Below, in pieces: positions 11,758-23,641 of a DNA stretch of 64,000 bases. The notes beneath the pieces are model-generated. The model was not told where the DNA came from and did not search any database. It saw only the letters and a list, made by a program, of their open reading frames with translations. The stretch is taken from contig ML992512.1 of assembly GCA_010093995.1 (NCBI GenBank), forward strand, positions 281,736 through 345,735. The letters are read 5' to 3'. Position 1 is the first letter of the stretch, and every line of letters starts with the position of its first letter. The position numbers and the translations under genes are program-made. This stretch comes from Elsinoe ampelina (lineage: Eukaryota).

Positions 11758-12878
11758 TGTGGGTGTCGGTCGTTGGATGAAGAATTGGAGATGTCGATAT
11801 GATGTCGTTCCGCTGTCGAGCTCTGCAAAAGCAAATCTGAAGTCATGGTGAATTGTGATTGGCCGATTTGACGAGCTACTCCACCGTGTTTCTGGCAGGG
11901 ATAAACGACGACAAAATCAAGGGATCCCTGTCATGGCGGTGACCTGTGCTTTTGGTATTTCACCGCATGATTGAAAAAGCCCTCCTTCCCTTTGTTCCTG
12001 TTTCTTCGCGTTGTACTTTCCGCATTGCTTGTTCTGCAAGTGCTTACAGGAAACTTCGAGCAGGTACTTGCCTGTGAATATCAGTGGCGGTGGCTCTTCA
12101 TTCCGCTTCATCAAACGATAAACGACGCGTTCTCTCTCGAACCACCTCGTTTTGACAGCCACCGCCTGATATTCAACTATTACTCACGGACATTCGTACA
12201 CAAGTACATCCATCGTCATATTGTTTCATCGATTCAAACACTATTTCCAACCAAGAACGCGACTCGTTGCACAAGAAGAACATCTCCATCGCTACAATAA
12301 TTTAACTACCTATTAAACACAAACTTTCTGATCACCGCAACAAAAAAAAAAGAACCCTCTGTGGGAGCAGATCATCAGCTCGCTTGCCAGGTGCGTATCT
12401 CTCCTCGTCCGACCCTTGCCTATGGGATGCTTGCTGCTTTCGTGTACTATTTCTGTTTCATTCGGACAACTGCAGCAACTTTGACGACGAATAATTCCAA
12501 GCCCAGCCACACTCTTCACGTTTGCTGCACGTCTTGGGGGCGATTAAAGACACACAACAAACAGTACGGACAAAGTGATTGGCCAGTGTCTAATCATGAC
12601 ATAGGTCTACCGCCATTCTATACGTACGTGCTTTGTACGACACACATCACTCAGGAGAATTCCCGTGTACACAAGCCACCCCATTGGTCTAGCCTAGAAC
12701 CGACCTGTGTGCACGACAAACGGGATCACACATGTGAAAGAGACGATAGCTTAGACATAAAAATACAGATCTCTCGATCGGAAAACACTTTACACCACTT
12801 CTCTTTCCACATCCGAACACCACACTCCTCCTTTTCACACCTCATTTTCACACATCACTTTAACAAATCACATCCACC

Positions 12879-15800
12879 ATGCCACCCAAATTCGGCCCTG
12901 GGGGCGGAGGAGGCGGCCATCGCGGCAATCAAGGCAATCGAAACCAAGGAAACCGTGGTCCCGGCGGCGGTGGCGGTGGAGGCGGCGGTTATCGGGGCAA
13001 CCCAGGAGGTGGCGGCGGCGGCGGCGGGGGCGGTGGTCAGGGCTACTACGGCGGCCAGGGCAACCGTGCCAACCAGCCCGGTGGCCATCGCGGCTCAGGT
13101 CAGCAAGGCCAGCAATTCAGTTCATCTGATCAAGGCAGTTCTCGTGGTGGTCCTGGTCAAAGCTCTGGGAGTCTGCCCATGAGAGGTCGTGATCCCCAAC
13201 ACAACCCAGCGTATCCGCAGCGTGATGGCTCGCGCGCACGATCCCTCTATACCGAAACTTCAGCAGCCAAGTCCTCCATCGACTCCCGCACTGCGGACCT
13301 TTGGAATGGGCCGACGGTTCCAATCGCACCCGATGCAACTGCAGCTGAGAACAAGCTGATCTTAAGGCGACCAGACCCCAAAGCACTCTTTCCAAAAAGG
13401 ACCAGCTATGGCACCGCTCATTTTGGTCGTGGTGGACCTGCAACCGAAGTCATGGCAAACTATCTTCGAATCCAGCCTATCGCCGGCAAGAAAGATGCAC
13501 CTCCGCAGCAAATCTATCGATACTCTTTGGCAACGCCTCAAGAGCTTCCCAAGGGAAAAATGAGAGTCCTTGCAAGAAAGGTCCTCACCAACGGAAGGTT
13601 CGACGGAGTTGCCGCCGCGACTGATTTCTCCGGCATCATCATCACGAACAGCAAGCTCGACCTCGGTTCGAGCGACGTGTGGGCCGCCGATGCTGACATT
13701 AGGGATGCGGATGAGGTCGCTCGAGCTCCTCAACAAGGTCAAGGCGCTCAAGTACCAAACAATCGCCTGCTACCGTTCGAGCTCAAGCTCACCGGCACTT
13801 TCACCCTGAAACCCCTCATGGACTGGTTGACTGGTTCGTCTCCCAATGCTCAATTCCCACAAAAGGAAGAGATGCTGCAGATCCTCAACATTGTCTTCGG
13901 GTACTACGCCCTCCACAACCGCGAGCACGTCTTCCAGATTGGTCGTTCCAACAAGTTCTTTTATGATAGCTTCATCAATCAGAACGCCGTGGATCTTGGA
14001 TCTGGTCTTCGAGCCTTGAGAGGCTACATTGCAAGTGTGCGACTGGCTCCCGGATCCATGATGCTGAATCTCAACGTTGTCAGCGGTGCTTTCTACAAGC
14101 TCATCCCTCTGCGTAACTTGGCCTGGCAATTACTCAAGGGTGACAGGCTCAGGTATGATCCTGGCAAACTTGACAGACTCGACAGGAAACGACTCGAAAA
14201 CATGTTGAGATACGTAAGGATCGAATGTCATTACATGCCGGCTCTTGGGCCCGATGGCAGACCGAAGTTGAAGCCCGACGGCACTCCCGTCAAGAAGAAG
14301 GTCAACCGCACAATCTGCTCTTTCAACCCACCGGATTACTTACCGGCAAAACACCAACGCTTCCAATGCCTCGACGAGACGACTGGTCAGACTCGCAGCG
14401 TCACTGTCTTCGACTACTTCAGGGAGAAGTACCCCAACTCGGGTTTTGATGTTGACCATGGCTGGCCAGTGCTCAATGTCGGTACAAGGGCCAAGCCGAC
14501 GTGGATCCCTCTACAGCTATGTCTGGTCTCACCAGCTCAGGCTGTGAAGCGCATGCTTTCCGGCGATCAAACCAGCGCCATGATCAACTTTGCCGCCCGC
14601 CCACCGAATGTGAATGTTCATCGAATTCTGACCGAAGGAGTTCCAATGTTCAAGCTCGCACTGAACGAACAAGCCAATGCACATGCAAAGTTTGGTCTGG
14701 AGGTCGCCACATCACTGAGCAAGGTTCCTGCTCGCTTCCTTCAGCCGCCAGGTATTGTCTTTTACGAGAACAAACGGCCGAACATCATCATGGGAGGTTG
14801 GAATCTGAGAGGCGTGGCTTTCTTCAAACCGATGAGGGTCGAGAAGGTGGCTCTTGTCGAGATGAGGCGATTCTCCGAGGTCGGTGGCGGGAGAAGAAAT
14901 TACACGCAGTTTGCCCCTCTCACCAACTTCACCCCTCAGCAGGTGATGCAAGAATTCAGGAATCAATTTGGGGCTTACAGGTTGAGAATCGAGCACATCG
15001 ACCACTTTCAATGCGATGTCCCCGAAGGTGGAACCTATGTGAATCGAGCGGATTACCAAAGGGCTATCGACGATACCTTCAAGAAGCTTGCCGACCAGAA
15101 ATTTCACATGTCCATCTGGCTAATGGAAGAGAAGAGTGTCTTCACCTACTCGTGGATCAAGAAAATGGGTGATGTCGAGCATGGGGTACAGTCCATCTGT
15201 TTGACTCCAGAGAAATTCGGGAAGGCCTACAGCCGTCACGACCCAGGCTTCTACGGCAACATTGCGATGAAGATGAATACAAAGGTCGGTGGCACGAATG
15301 TGTACCTCTCGCCGCAGGAGCTTGGCTCTCGGGACAGAGGCATCTGGAATGACACGACCATGTTCGTCGGCATCGACGTGACCCACCCAGCTCCTGGTTC
15401 TTCCAAGGCTACGCCCAGTATTGCTGCCGTTGTTGCAAACACAGACGCCCAACTTGCTCAGTGGCCAGGCAGTGTCCGTCGACAGGCGGTAAGCCGTGAA
15501 GAGATGGTCGATGCGCTGAAGGACATGGTGGTCGAACGCCTCCAACTCTGGAGGACGAAGAACAACAATAAGCTTCCAACAAGGATCATTGTGTACCGCG
15601 ACGGTGTGTCTGACGGACAATTCCAACTCGTGCTCCAGCACGAAAGGACGGCCATCAACCAGGCCATTACTGCGATGTATGCGGGAGCACCGCGTCCCCA
15701 GATGGCCATCATCGTCGTGACCAAGCGCCACCATACGAGATTCTATCCCACAAAGAGGGAGGATATGGACAGTAAGTGATGACATGATCTGTAAAATGAA

Positions 15801-16250
15801 ATAGCTACTGACGCACGGACAGCATCTGGCAAGGACAAAAAAACGAATGTCATGATGACTACGGGCAACTGCAAGCCTGGACTCGTGGTCGATCGCGGTG
15901 TCACCGATCCCGAGGTCTATGATTTTTTCTTGCAACCCCATGCAGGCCTTCAAGGCACGGTCAAGCCAGCCCGCTACGTTGTGTTACATGACGAGCTCAA
16001 GATGGGGGCGGACGGCCTTCAGAGGATGACGCACACGCTCTGCTACCTGTTCAACCGAGCGACACGGGCTGTGTCTCTTTGCCCTCCGGCATACTACGCA
16101 GACCTGCTCTGCGAGCGTGCCCGCTGCTACTTGTACCATGCGTATCACGAAGGTGCAATCGGCGCGACAGAGGAGACGGACGACGGTGGAATGGGTGAGT
16201 GGCCGGGCCATCTGCACCGGAACATCAAGGACACGACATTTTACATCTGA
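12879..16250 (+). CDS. Argonaute (PAZ-MID-PIWI) with Gly-rich N-terminus
   Basis: PAZ: VTVFDYF..KY, LNVGT..KPTWIP. PIWI: GIDVTHP, YRDGVSDGQF, KRHHTRF, LQGTVKPARY, CPPAYYADL. Intron 15772-15822 joins the two ORFs in frame. Confidence 0.95.
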
Positions 16251-18495
16251 GCGACAAGACGAAAGACCAACACATTGGATGTGAAGCGTGGCAACACTTT
16301 TCTTGGATGGATATGGAGGATCTTTAGCAGGACAGGACATTCATGCCCCTGGTCCGCGCTTTTTCATTTCTCATCAGCGTGGCACCGGTTGCCTCTGCTT
16401 GGACACTTGGTCCGATCAGGACATGACTTGCACTCCTTTGACAATTTCCTTTGTTATTAAAACCAAATGACCATGATCAGTATACACTAGATAGCTCAGC
16501 ACACGAAATGCTACATTCGGTCACCAAATATGACGTCGCTCGCCTGCGTGCTTCGCCTGTCGATCGACCAGCTGTTGAAACGACTGTGATAAGGCGGACT
16601 CATGACGGTTGGTCTGGTGATTGGCTTGGGTAACGACCAACGCTCTTCCGACGGCACACACGGAGGCGAATTTAGTGCCAAGAGGGGCGGGAAGAGGGCG
16701 GCGGTGGTGACGAAGATGTCAAATGTACTTGTACCAAATCCGATGTGATGATGTGGTCGTGTGTCCGCAAGCCTTTGTTCTAGCGTCCTTCTAGCTGAAG
16801 CCGACCTGACCACAAGACATGCTGTGTCATCATCAGGCAACCAAGGCGGTACCTGGTACCTGGACAGCGCAGATGCGCCACAGATTCTACATTCGAGCAG
16901 ACTGTCATGCATCTTGTGATTTTCGACGCGGTATCTCCAGCCGGCTCACGGCAATCGTGGTGACGAATATCGCCCGTGTCGAGACTTTGGCTCGCCACCC
17001 CTAGTCCACCGTTGCGGTATCGATAGTCAGCAAATGGTGGCCAACAGTTGACTCGGAGACGATGGTGTCTCCACTGCGAATATCACGACATGGTCGAGCA
17101 CCAAGTCGACTAGCGGTAGCGAGCCGTCTTGTCATGGACGGATGGAGACGACGGGACAAGTGCATTGTGAGTGATGTGAGCATGTGCTTGGATGGGCGAG
17201 AAGGGGCCAGCTGATCCGGGGATTTGGATGGGAAAGCACATGACCCGAAAGAGTGGCACGGCCATCAGTCATGCTCGACGAGACATGGACAAGACGACGC
17301 CTTGCTTGCATGTTCATGTACCCCACTGTGCGAGGCATTGTGGAGTTGAAACATATAGTCATTTGTGATGGAAATGGATGAGAAAGGATGGTCTGATTGG
17401 TCAAGATGCAGCTTCTGGCCTGGGATTTTGGATTTCTGTTCCTGCGTCAAACCATCTTGATCCTCGATCCTTTACAACATCGCATCACTACAGACATCAT
17501 CCGCTATCCTTGTCAGACCTACTTGCTTCATTCATCTAGTATTTTCTCTACCACCTTTTGTCACGATCGAGCACCTGCCTGTAATTGTCACTCTACTTCC
17601 GCCCTCCATCTCGCGGCCAGAGTCACTTGGGGCCAAACGTCTCTGCATCAGCCAGAATCTGACCTGGACGGCATCTGATCGCGCTGCCACGAGACATTGA
17701 AATTGTCCATCAACGACGCGTCTCGGCGCGCTACTGGGCACAAGTCCGACTGGTGAGGTTGCTCTCCCTATCTTCCCTTTGACGAGTCAAGTCTGCATTC
17801 CTCATCAGCCTCAACCGTATACCGTTCCGCTAGCCGTTGCACACGCAGCATGGCCGGAAACAAGAAACCGCCAGTCCAAGAAAATCCCCCTTCATTCCAT
17901 CTCCCAGACGACGCAACACAAGGCCTTTCTTCGCCGTCCGTCATGGACAGTCCGTATATCATGTTCTCGTGTTCATCTTCCACGCACTTTGCATCACACA
18001 CGCAGCCATTCCCCATCCCTCCTTTGCCACCCCTGTCCTCGGCAAAAGGGTCATCTCCTGGACCTCTTGCCCAATTCATTTTCATTTCCCCCTAATCATC
18101 GTCCGGCTTGCCTGGCGGGACACTTCGCTTCTCTCCGGCCAGGGCTCCCCATCTTTCTTGGGCACGCCGATCCCTGCAGCCATCACCCGACTATACCACC
18201 TGCATCTGCACCTCAGCCCGCCGCCTCGGGAACCCACCCTCCTTCACGTCTGCGCGCTGGCGCTTTGATCACTATCACCGGTCCCACATACTGTTCATGC
18301 TAGAGCACCAGTAGTGTTTCAACCGCGCCAGCATAGAGGTCTACGAAATTGTTAAGAACGGTTTATAACCGTCCAGAACTTTTTTTTTTATCCCACTCCC
18401 CCTCCAGACCCCGTTGACCTTCTATCTTATCATACCTATACCCTCCCCTTCTCCCCTCTCTACCCTCACAACCCCTCACTTGACAAGACATCATC

Positions 18496-21400
18496 ATGGA
18501 GCTTCTCTCAATGAAGAGAGCTTTTGCCTTGGGGGCGTTGCTGACATGCTCTCAGTTGCAGACTGTATTGGCATATCCTCGGTAAGTACTTTTGTAGCGT
18601 TACATATAGTTCCAGCTGACCATGTCATAGGGTGAGCATACCGTCCAGCACTTGACGACGTCATGACACCTCCATCATGTTCTTGTCGCAGTGTATCATC
18701 AAGTATATCAGGACTGATTCCCTCCGCAGGAACACGTCGAGCGAGAAGCCGAAGCAGATCCTCAAACCAACTTATTATATATTGCCCCTAACGGACAAGT
18801 CCGCGCACATTTCTACGAAACTAGACTTGTACCGACTGTCATCAACGGTGTTACACAGACTGTTACCATCACAACTCAGATTCCATTCCCGGATGAAACT
18901 CCTGCTGTGAAAGCTGCTGTTACGACAAAGAAGAAGAAGAAGACCACCACCCCGACCAAGAAGAAGGTAGCCACCAAGACTCCCGTCCGCAAGGCCGTGA
19001 CCCCTAAAAAGGTCCAGGCAGCAAAGACCACGACAAAGAAGAAGAACAAGAAGAAGACCACCACCACTACGACCAAAAAGAAGCCAAAGAAGACCACGAC
19101 TACTACGACGACCACGAAATCCAAGAAGCCAAAGAAGAGCTCGAGCACTACGACGACTACTACTACCACCACGACCAAGAAGACCAAATCGAAGAAGGCA
19201 GCCGTAACGTCTTCAGCTGTGTCCAGTTTGACGGCAGCTCCATCGAGCTTGACCACTATCAGGACAACTTCGACTACCACCTCGACCATCACTATCCCGA
19301 GGAATAGTGACAGCTCTTCATTCTCGGCTATTACTTCTCTAGCGTCCTTGTCCGTATCGGCGAATCAGACAGCTAGTCCGACGGTCGTCGCAACTTCTGG
19401 TGTACGTATCTCATTCCTGAACTTCTAGATCCAGATCTGGCGTGGCAAGAACTTCCAGGACGTCTTAGTTCCATCCCATGGCGTATAGACAGCCGGAGAA
19501 GCCTTCTGCTGCCTGCTGGACCTCTTCTGATCCTGACCCTGCTTATCCTGCAATTCTACCGGGTTGCGCACATCTTGTGAGTAAATGCTGAATTGTCTTG
19601 TAGGAACTTCATTCTTCTCTCGATACTTCTGGCAATCCAAGCTCCCAGCCATTTGCAACTACAATTGCGGCAAACAGCTCTTCTCTGTCTCTGATTAACA
19701 CTGCTAGCACTACTCTGCCTTCTACCACAATGCCTCAAGCAAGGCCCACTATCGAGGCTGCCAACATCTTTGCCCCAATGGCGACAGGCGCTCCTCCTTC
19801 TCAGGTTTCTCAACGTCCTGATCATCCAGTCGCTCGGCAGGGAATCCAATCGCAGCAGGCAAAGATTCCTACCAACAAGTTCTACGCCAACTTCTTCCTC
19901 GGCACTCAGAGTCAGCCAAGTTGGACCCATCCCTACTCTCTGCAGTGGGCGAGGGGTAATGGTGTTGCTCAGTCATGGGGTATGTCCATCTCGCACATTG
20001 AGCGTGGTCAGCTGGCATTCGACAACGACAACAATCCTTCGAGGTACTTCTTCGCACCTATCGGAATTCAGTCCATGATCTTGTCCGCCCAGGAGTTGGG
20101 CAATACTAGTGTGCTCACTACCGATAGCTTGACTGCTTTCTCTGTCAATGTCAACTTGCAGGCCTCGGCAAGTGGATCGCCGCTCATCACCTTCCCGCTT
20201 GTGCAGGGTATGGGCTTCATCACTGGTCGCTACAATAATGCTAGCCCGCTCATCCAGAGTTCCGTTTCGGTTCTTTCTCTGCTCTACAGCGGCAAGCTGA
20301 CTGGAAGCAACATTTTCAAGTACAAGGCCAGTCTTGGTGACCAGACCACTTGGCTCATGTACGTCAATCCAGACAACAGTTCTTACCCTGGCAATACCTT
20401 TACCCTTGCCAACGGAAACAACATCAATGGTACTTCTGGCTTCACTGGTACCATCCAGATCGCCAAGTTGCCTAGCTCCACTCCTGGTGGCGAGGCTACA
20501 TTTGATGCCTCTGCTGGTGTCTATGCCACCTCGTCTCGCATCAGCGGTTCTGCTTCTGGCACTACTGGTACCTATACTATGTCCTTCTCCAAGGGTGGTA
20601 TCACGTCTCGATCCCTCCTGATGTTCGCCCTGCCTCATCACATCCAGTCGCTTACCAGCGGTGGCGTGACCAACATCAAGCTGCAGACTACCACAAAGGG
20701 TATTGCTACAGCTATTGTCGGAGACTCTTGGACTCTTGCCGAACCAGATCTCCCGACTGACATTGGCTTTGCTCCATGGACTGTTGATCAAGGCAGTGTT
20801 TCGACCGTCAGCACTCAAGCTCAGCAACTCATTAACCAGGCCGCCGCATCTGAGTTGACCCAAGACATTGCCGCCCAGAGCAACCTCGACAGCATGTACT
20901 TTTCCGGCAAAGGTCTCGCCAAGTTCGCCTCCCTCATCTACGCCGTCAGCGACCTCGGCAAGAACAAGACCCTCGCCTACACCGGGCTTCAACGCCTCCA
21001 AGCCGCCTTCTCCACCTTTGTCAACAACACCCAAATCTACCCTCTCCTCTACGAGTCCGCATGGGGCGGTGTCGTCTCCTCGGGCACCTACCGCACCGGC
21101 GACGCCAACCTCGACTTTGGCAACACCTACTACAACGACCACCACTTCCACTACGCCTACTTCGTCTACTCGGCCGCGGTCATCGGGTACCTCGACCCCA
21201 ACTGGCTGACGACCCAAAACCGCGACTGGGTGAACATGCTCGTGCGCGACTTTGGCAACCCCTCGGATTCAGACCCTTACTTCCCCTTCAGCCGCTCCTA
21301 CGACTGGTTCCACGGGCACTCGTGGGCCAAGGGGCTGTACGAGTCGGGCGACGGCAAAGACCAGGAGAGTTCGTCCGAAGACAGCCTGGCGTGTTACGCG

Positions 21401-21969
21401 CTCAAGATGTGGGGGACGGTGTCGGGGGACGTGGCGATGGAGGCGCGAGGGGCGCTGATGATGGCGGTGCAGAAGCGGGCGGTGCAGAATTATTACCTCT
21501 ACACGAGTGACAACACGGTCGAGCCGGCGCGGTTCATCGGGAACAAGGCGGCGGGGATCGTAAGTTTTTCCTTTCTCTACCAACCTACCCCCCCCCCCCC
21601 CCCTTCCATCTTGAGACACGGTCCGCTAACGACCAACAGCTCTTCGAAAACAAAATCGACCACGCGACTTACTTCGGGCTCAACATCGAGTACATCCAAG
21701 GCATCCACATGATCCCCCTGTTCCCGTTCAGTCCGTACGTGCGCTCGCAGACGTTTGTGCGCGAGGAATGGGACACGTACTTTAGCAATGGCAGGGTGGA
21801 TAGTATCGTCGGGGGATGGAGGGGCATTCTGTACGCGAATCTGGCGCTGATCGATCCGGCGACGGCGTGGGATTGGTTCGGCGCGGGGTTTGATAATCAG
21901 TACCTTGATGGCGGCGCGAGTTTGACGTGGTATAGAGCTTGGAGTGCGGCGTTGGGGGGGAGTAGGTAG
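18496..21969 (+). CDS. Secreted GH81 endo-1,3-beta-glucanase (Eng1/Acf2-like) with Lys/Thr-rich N-terminal stalk
   Basis: GH81 motifs YNDHHFHY, GKDQESSSE, LFENKIDHATYFG. Proposed exons 18496-18581, 18631, 18730-19401, 19604-21559, 21640-21969. The catalytic part (from 19730) is certain; the 5' exons are inferred from splice signals and frame. Confidence 0.85.
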
Positions 21970-23054
21970 GCCGGGGATGGATGGAGGTGGGGTTGGGTTG
22001 GGTGGGGAGGGGAGGGGGAAAGGGAGGGAGGGTACGTGGAGAGGGTCAAGGGGAGAGGCAAGAGGGGGGTTTCTTTTGTCTGGCGCTGCTTTGAGGGGGG
22101 ACTGGGGAGAAGTGGGGGGATGGATGCATGGTATATGTGCACAGTTGAGACTTTTTGTATATACCCTATTACGCGGATTGGAGGACATGGGATGGACACG
22201 GCTGACATGGTAGCGATGCAATGAGCATTGTTCTTGCAGGATGCTTTGGTGTAATGACAGGATGGGATGGATAGATATTATAGACTATGCCTGATGGCGA
22301 TGCCCAATGGCGGTGAGGAAATGTATAATGTACACCTCTACAACTTCTGTACAGTGTAGCCAGAGGACGCCGCCATATGCTCTGTGATGCATGTAGTCCC
22401 ACGACATGCCGACGCGTGGAAAGCGCCGAGCAGTAAGCTGACTGACCACAAACCCACCTCATCCACGAGGAAACACATCCCCCTGTTACTGCCCAAGCAA
22501 AGTAGAGCTGACTGCAGTCATCACCCCCATACCGTCCCTGCAGCCAGCTGGACCTGCAAGCCCCTTCGCGGTGCACTTCCGCCGCCACCGTTCTAGATGA
22601 ATCGTCCCTGCAGATCACATCGTTCCTGCAGAATCGCGAGGTGGGGGCGTTGGAGCTGCATCCGCGTCACGCAACGGACCTCGCGTTCGTGGGGGTCGCG
22701 TAGCGCTTGGCGAGAGGGAGATCTTGTTGCTCTCTTGGCTCTGGGAGGCGATGGAAGGGTGGTCGGTGCTGAGTGTTCTGAGGATGCGGCTCGTTGGGGT
22801 GCTGGGGTGGTGTGGTTTTGTGCCAGTGCTGTTCTGGTCCGAGTCATCTGGACTTGTCGCCGTCGAGTCGAAGCTTGTCGTTGCGTAGAGGTAGCAGGTT
22901 GTCTCCGCCCCTAGCTGCGATGCGATGCCTCTAAGCGCCAGCATCGTCCTCACGCTGGTCATCTCTTGCGGACATCAACTTCTCAAATCCGCTGCCCGCA
23001 TCCGCAGTTCATCTCTGCCATCTCCCGGATTAAGTAAAGCATACTGAGCCACAA

Positions 23055-23366
23055 TCAATACCACCCACTCTCCCTCCACCTCGCCAACCACGCTTGCCCG
23101 TCCATCGGCCCTGTTGTCCCCCTGTAATCCGGTTCTGGCTTCTCCACCCTCTTACTCACGAATGGCGTCAATTCACCGTCTCCAGCCTCCGGCACGACAT
23201 ATGTCCGCACTTTGCTCCAGTCAATCACGTAGCCACCGTGTTTTGTGTGTCGACCCATGGCGCCAGTGCCGAAACCTTTGTAGTAGTCCTTGCCCGCAAC
23301 TTTGGGAGTGAGCTTGAGCTTGCGGGTTGCGCGCTTGTTGAGGAGGGCAAGAGTTGGACGGAACAT
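23055..23366 (-). CDS. MRPL27: Mitochondrial ribosomal protein mL41 (MRPL27)
   Basis: LTPKVAGKDYYKGFGTGAMGRHTKHGGYVIDWSKVRTYVVP..LTPFVS. Confidence 0.9.
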   Translation of the reverse strand: MFRPTLALLNKRATRKLKLTPKVAGKDYYKGFGTGAMGRHTKHGGYVIDWSKVRTYVVPEAGDGELTPFVSKRVEKPEPDYRGTTGPMDGQAWLARWRESGWY

Positions 23367-23641
23367 GATGACTCGCAGGCAGAGGACAGAGAGGCAGATT
23401 TGTTTGTGAAATAGATTCTGGGCCAGATGCGAGGTGGATGAATGACAGCAGTAGCTTGGGAAGAGCACTTTTCTCCGCTGACCCTAACCCTAGGTGGAGC
23501 AGCCAAGATTTCGTGCTGCTCAAGAAATATTGACATCTCTGATTGCGATGAACCTGCTTGTTTAGGCAGTTTACTTGGGCTCGAGATTCCCGGAAATAAG
23601 TCTTTCAGGTCTGGAGAAGTCTCAAAACATATCTCAACAAA

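Noticed and set aside
12361..13182. 273-aa ORF overlapping the Argonaute start
   Set aside because: Alternative frame of the GGC-rich tail; GTG start and no protein-like features
16300..18450. Short ORFs between Argonaute and GH81
   Set aside because: No motifs, codon bias or consistent splice structure; treated as intergenic
18907..19428. Stand-alone histone H1-like Lys-rich protein
   Set aside because: No ATG and no globular domain; better explained as an internal exon of the GH81 gene
19973..21217. 414-aa minus-strand ORF
   Set aside because: Antisense shadow of the GH81 gene
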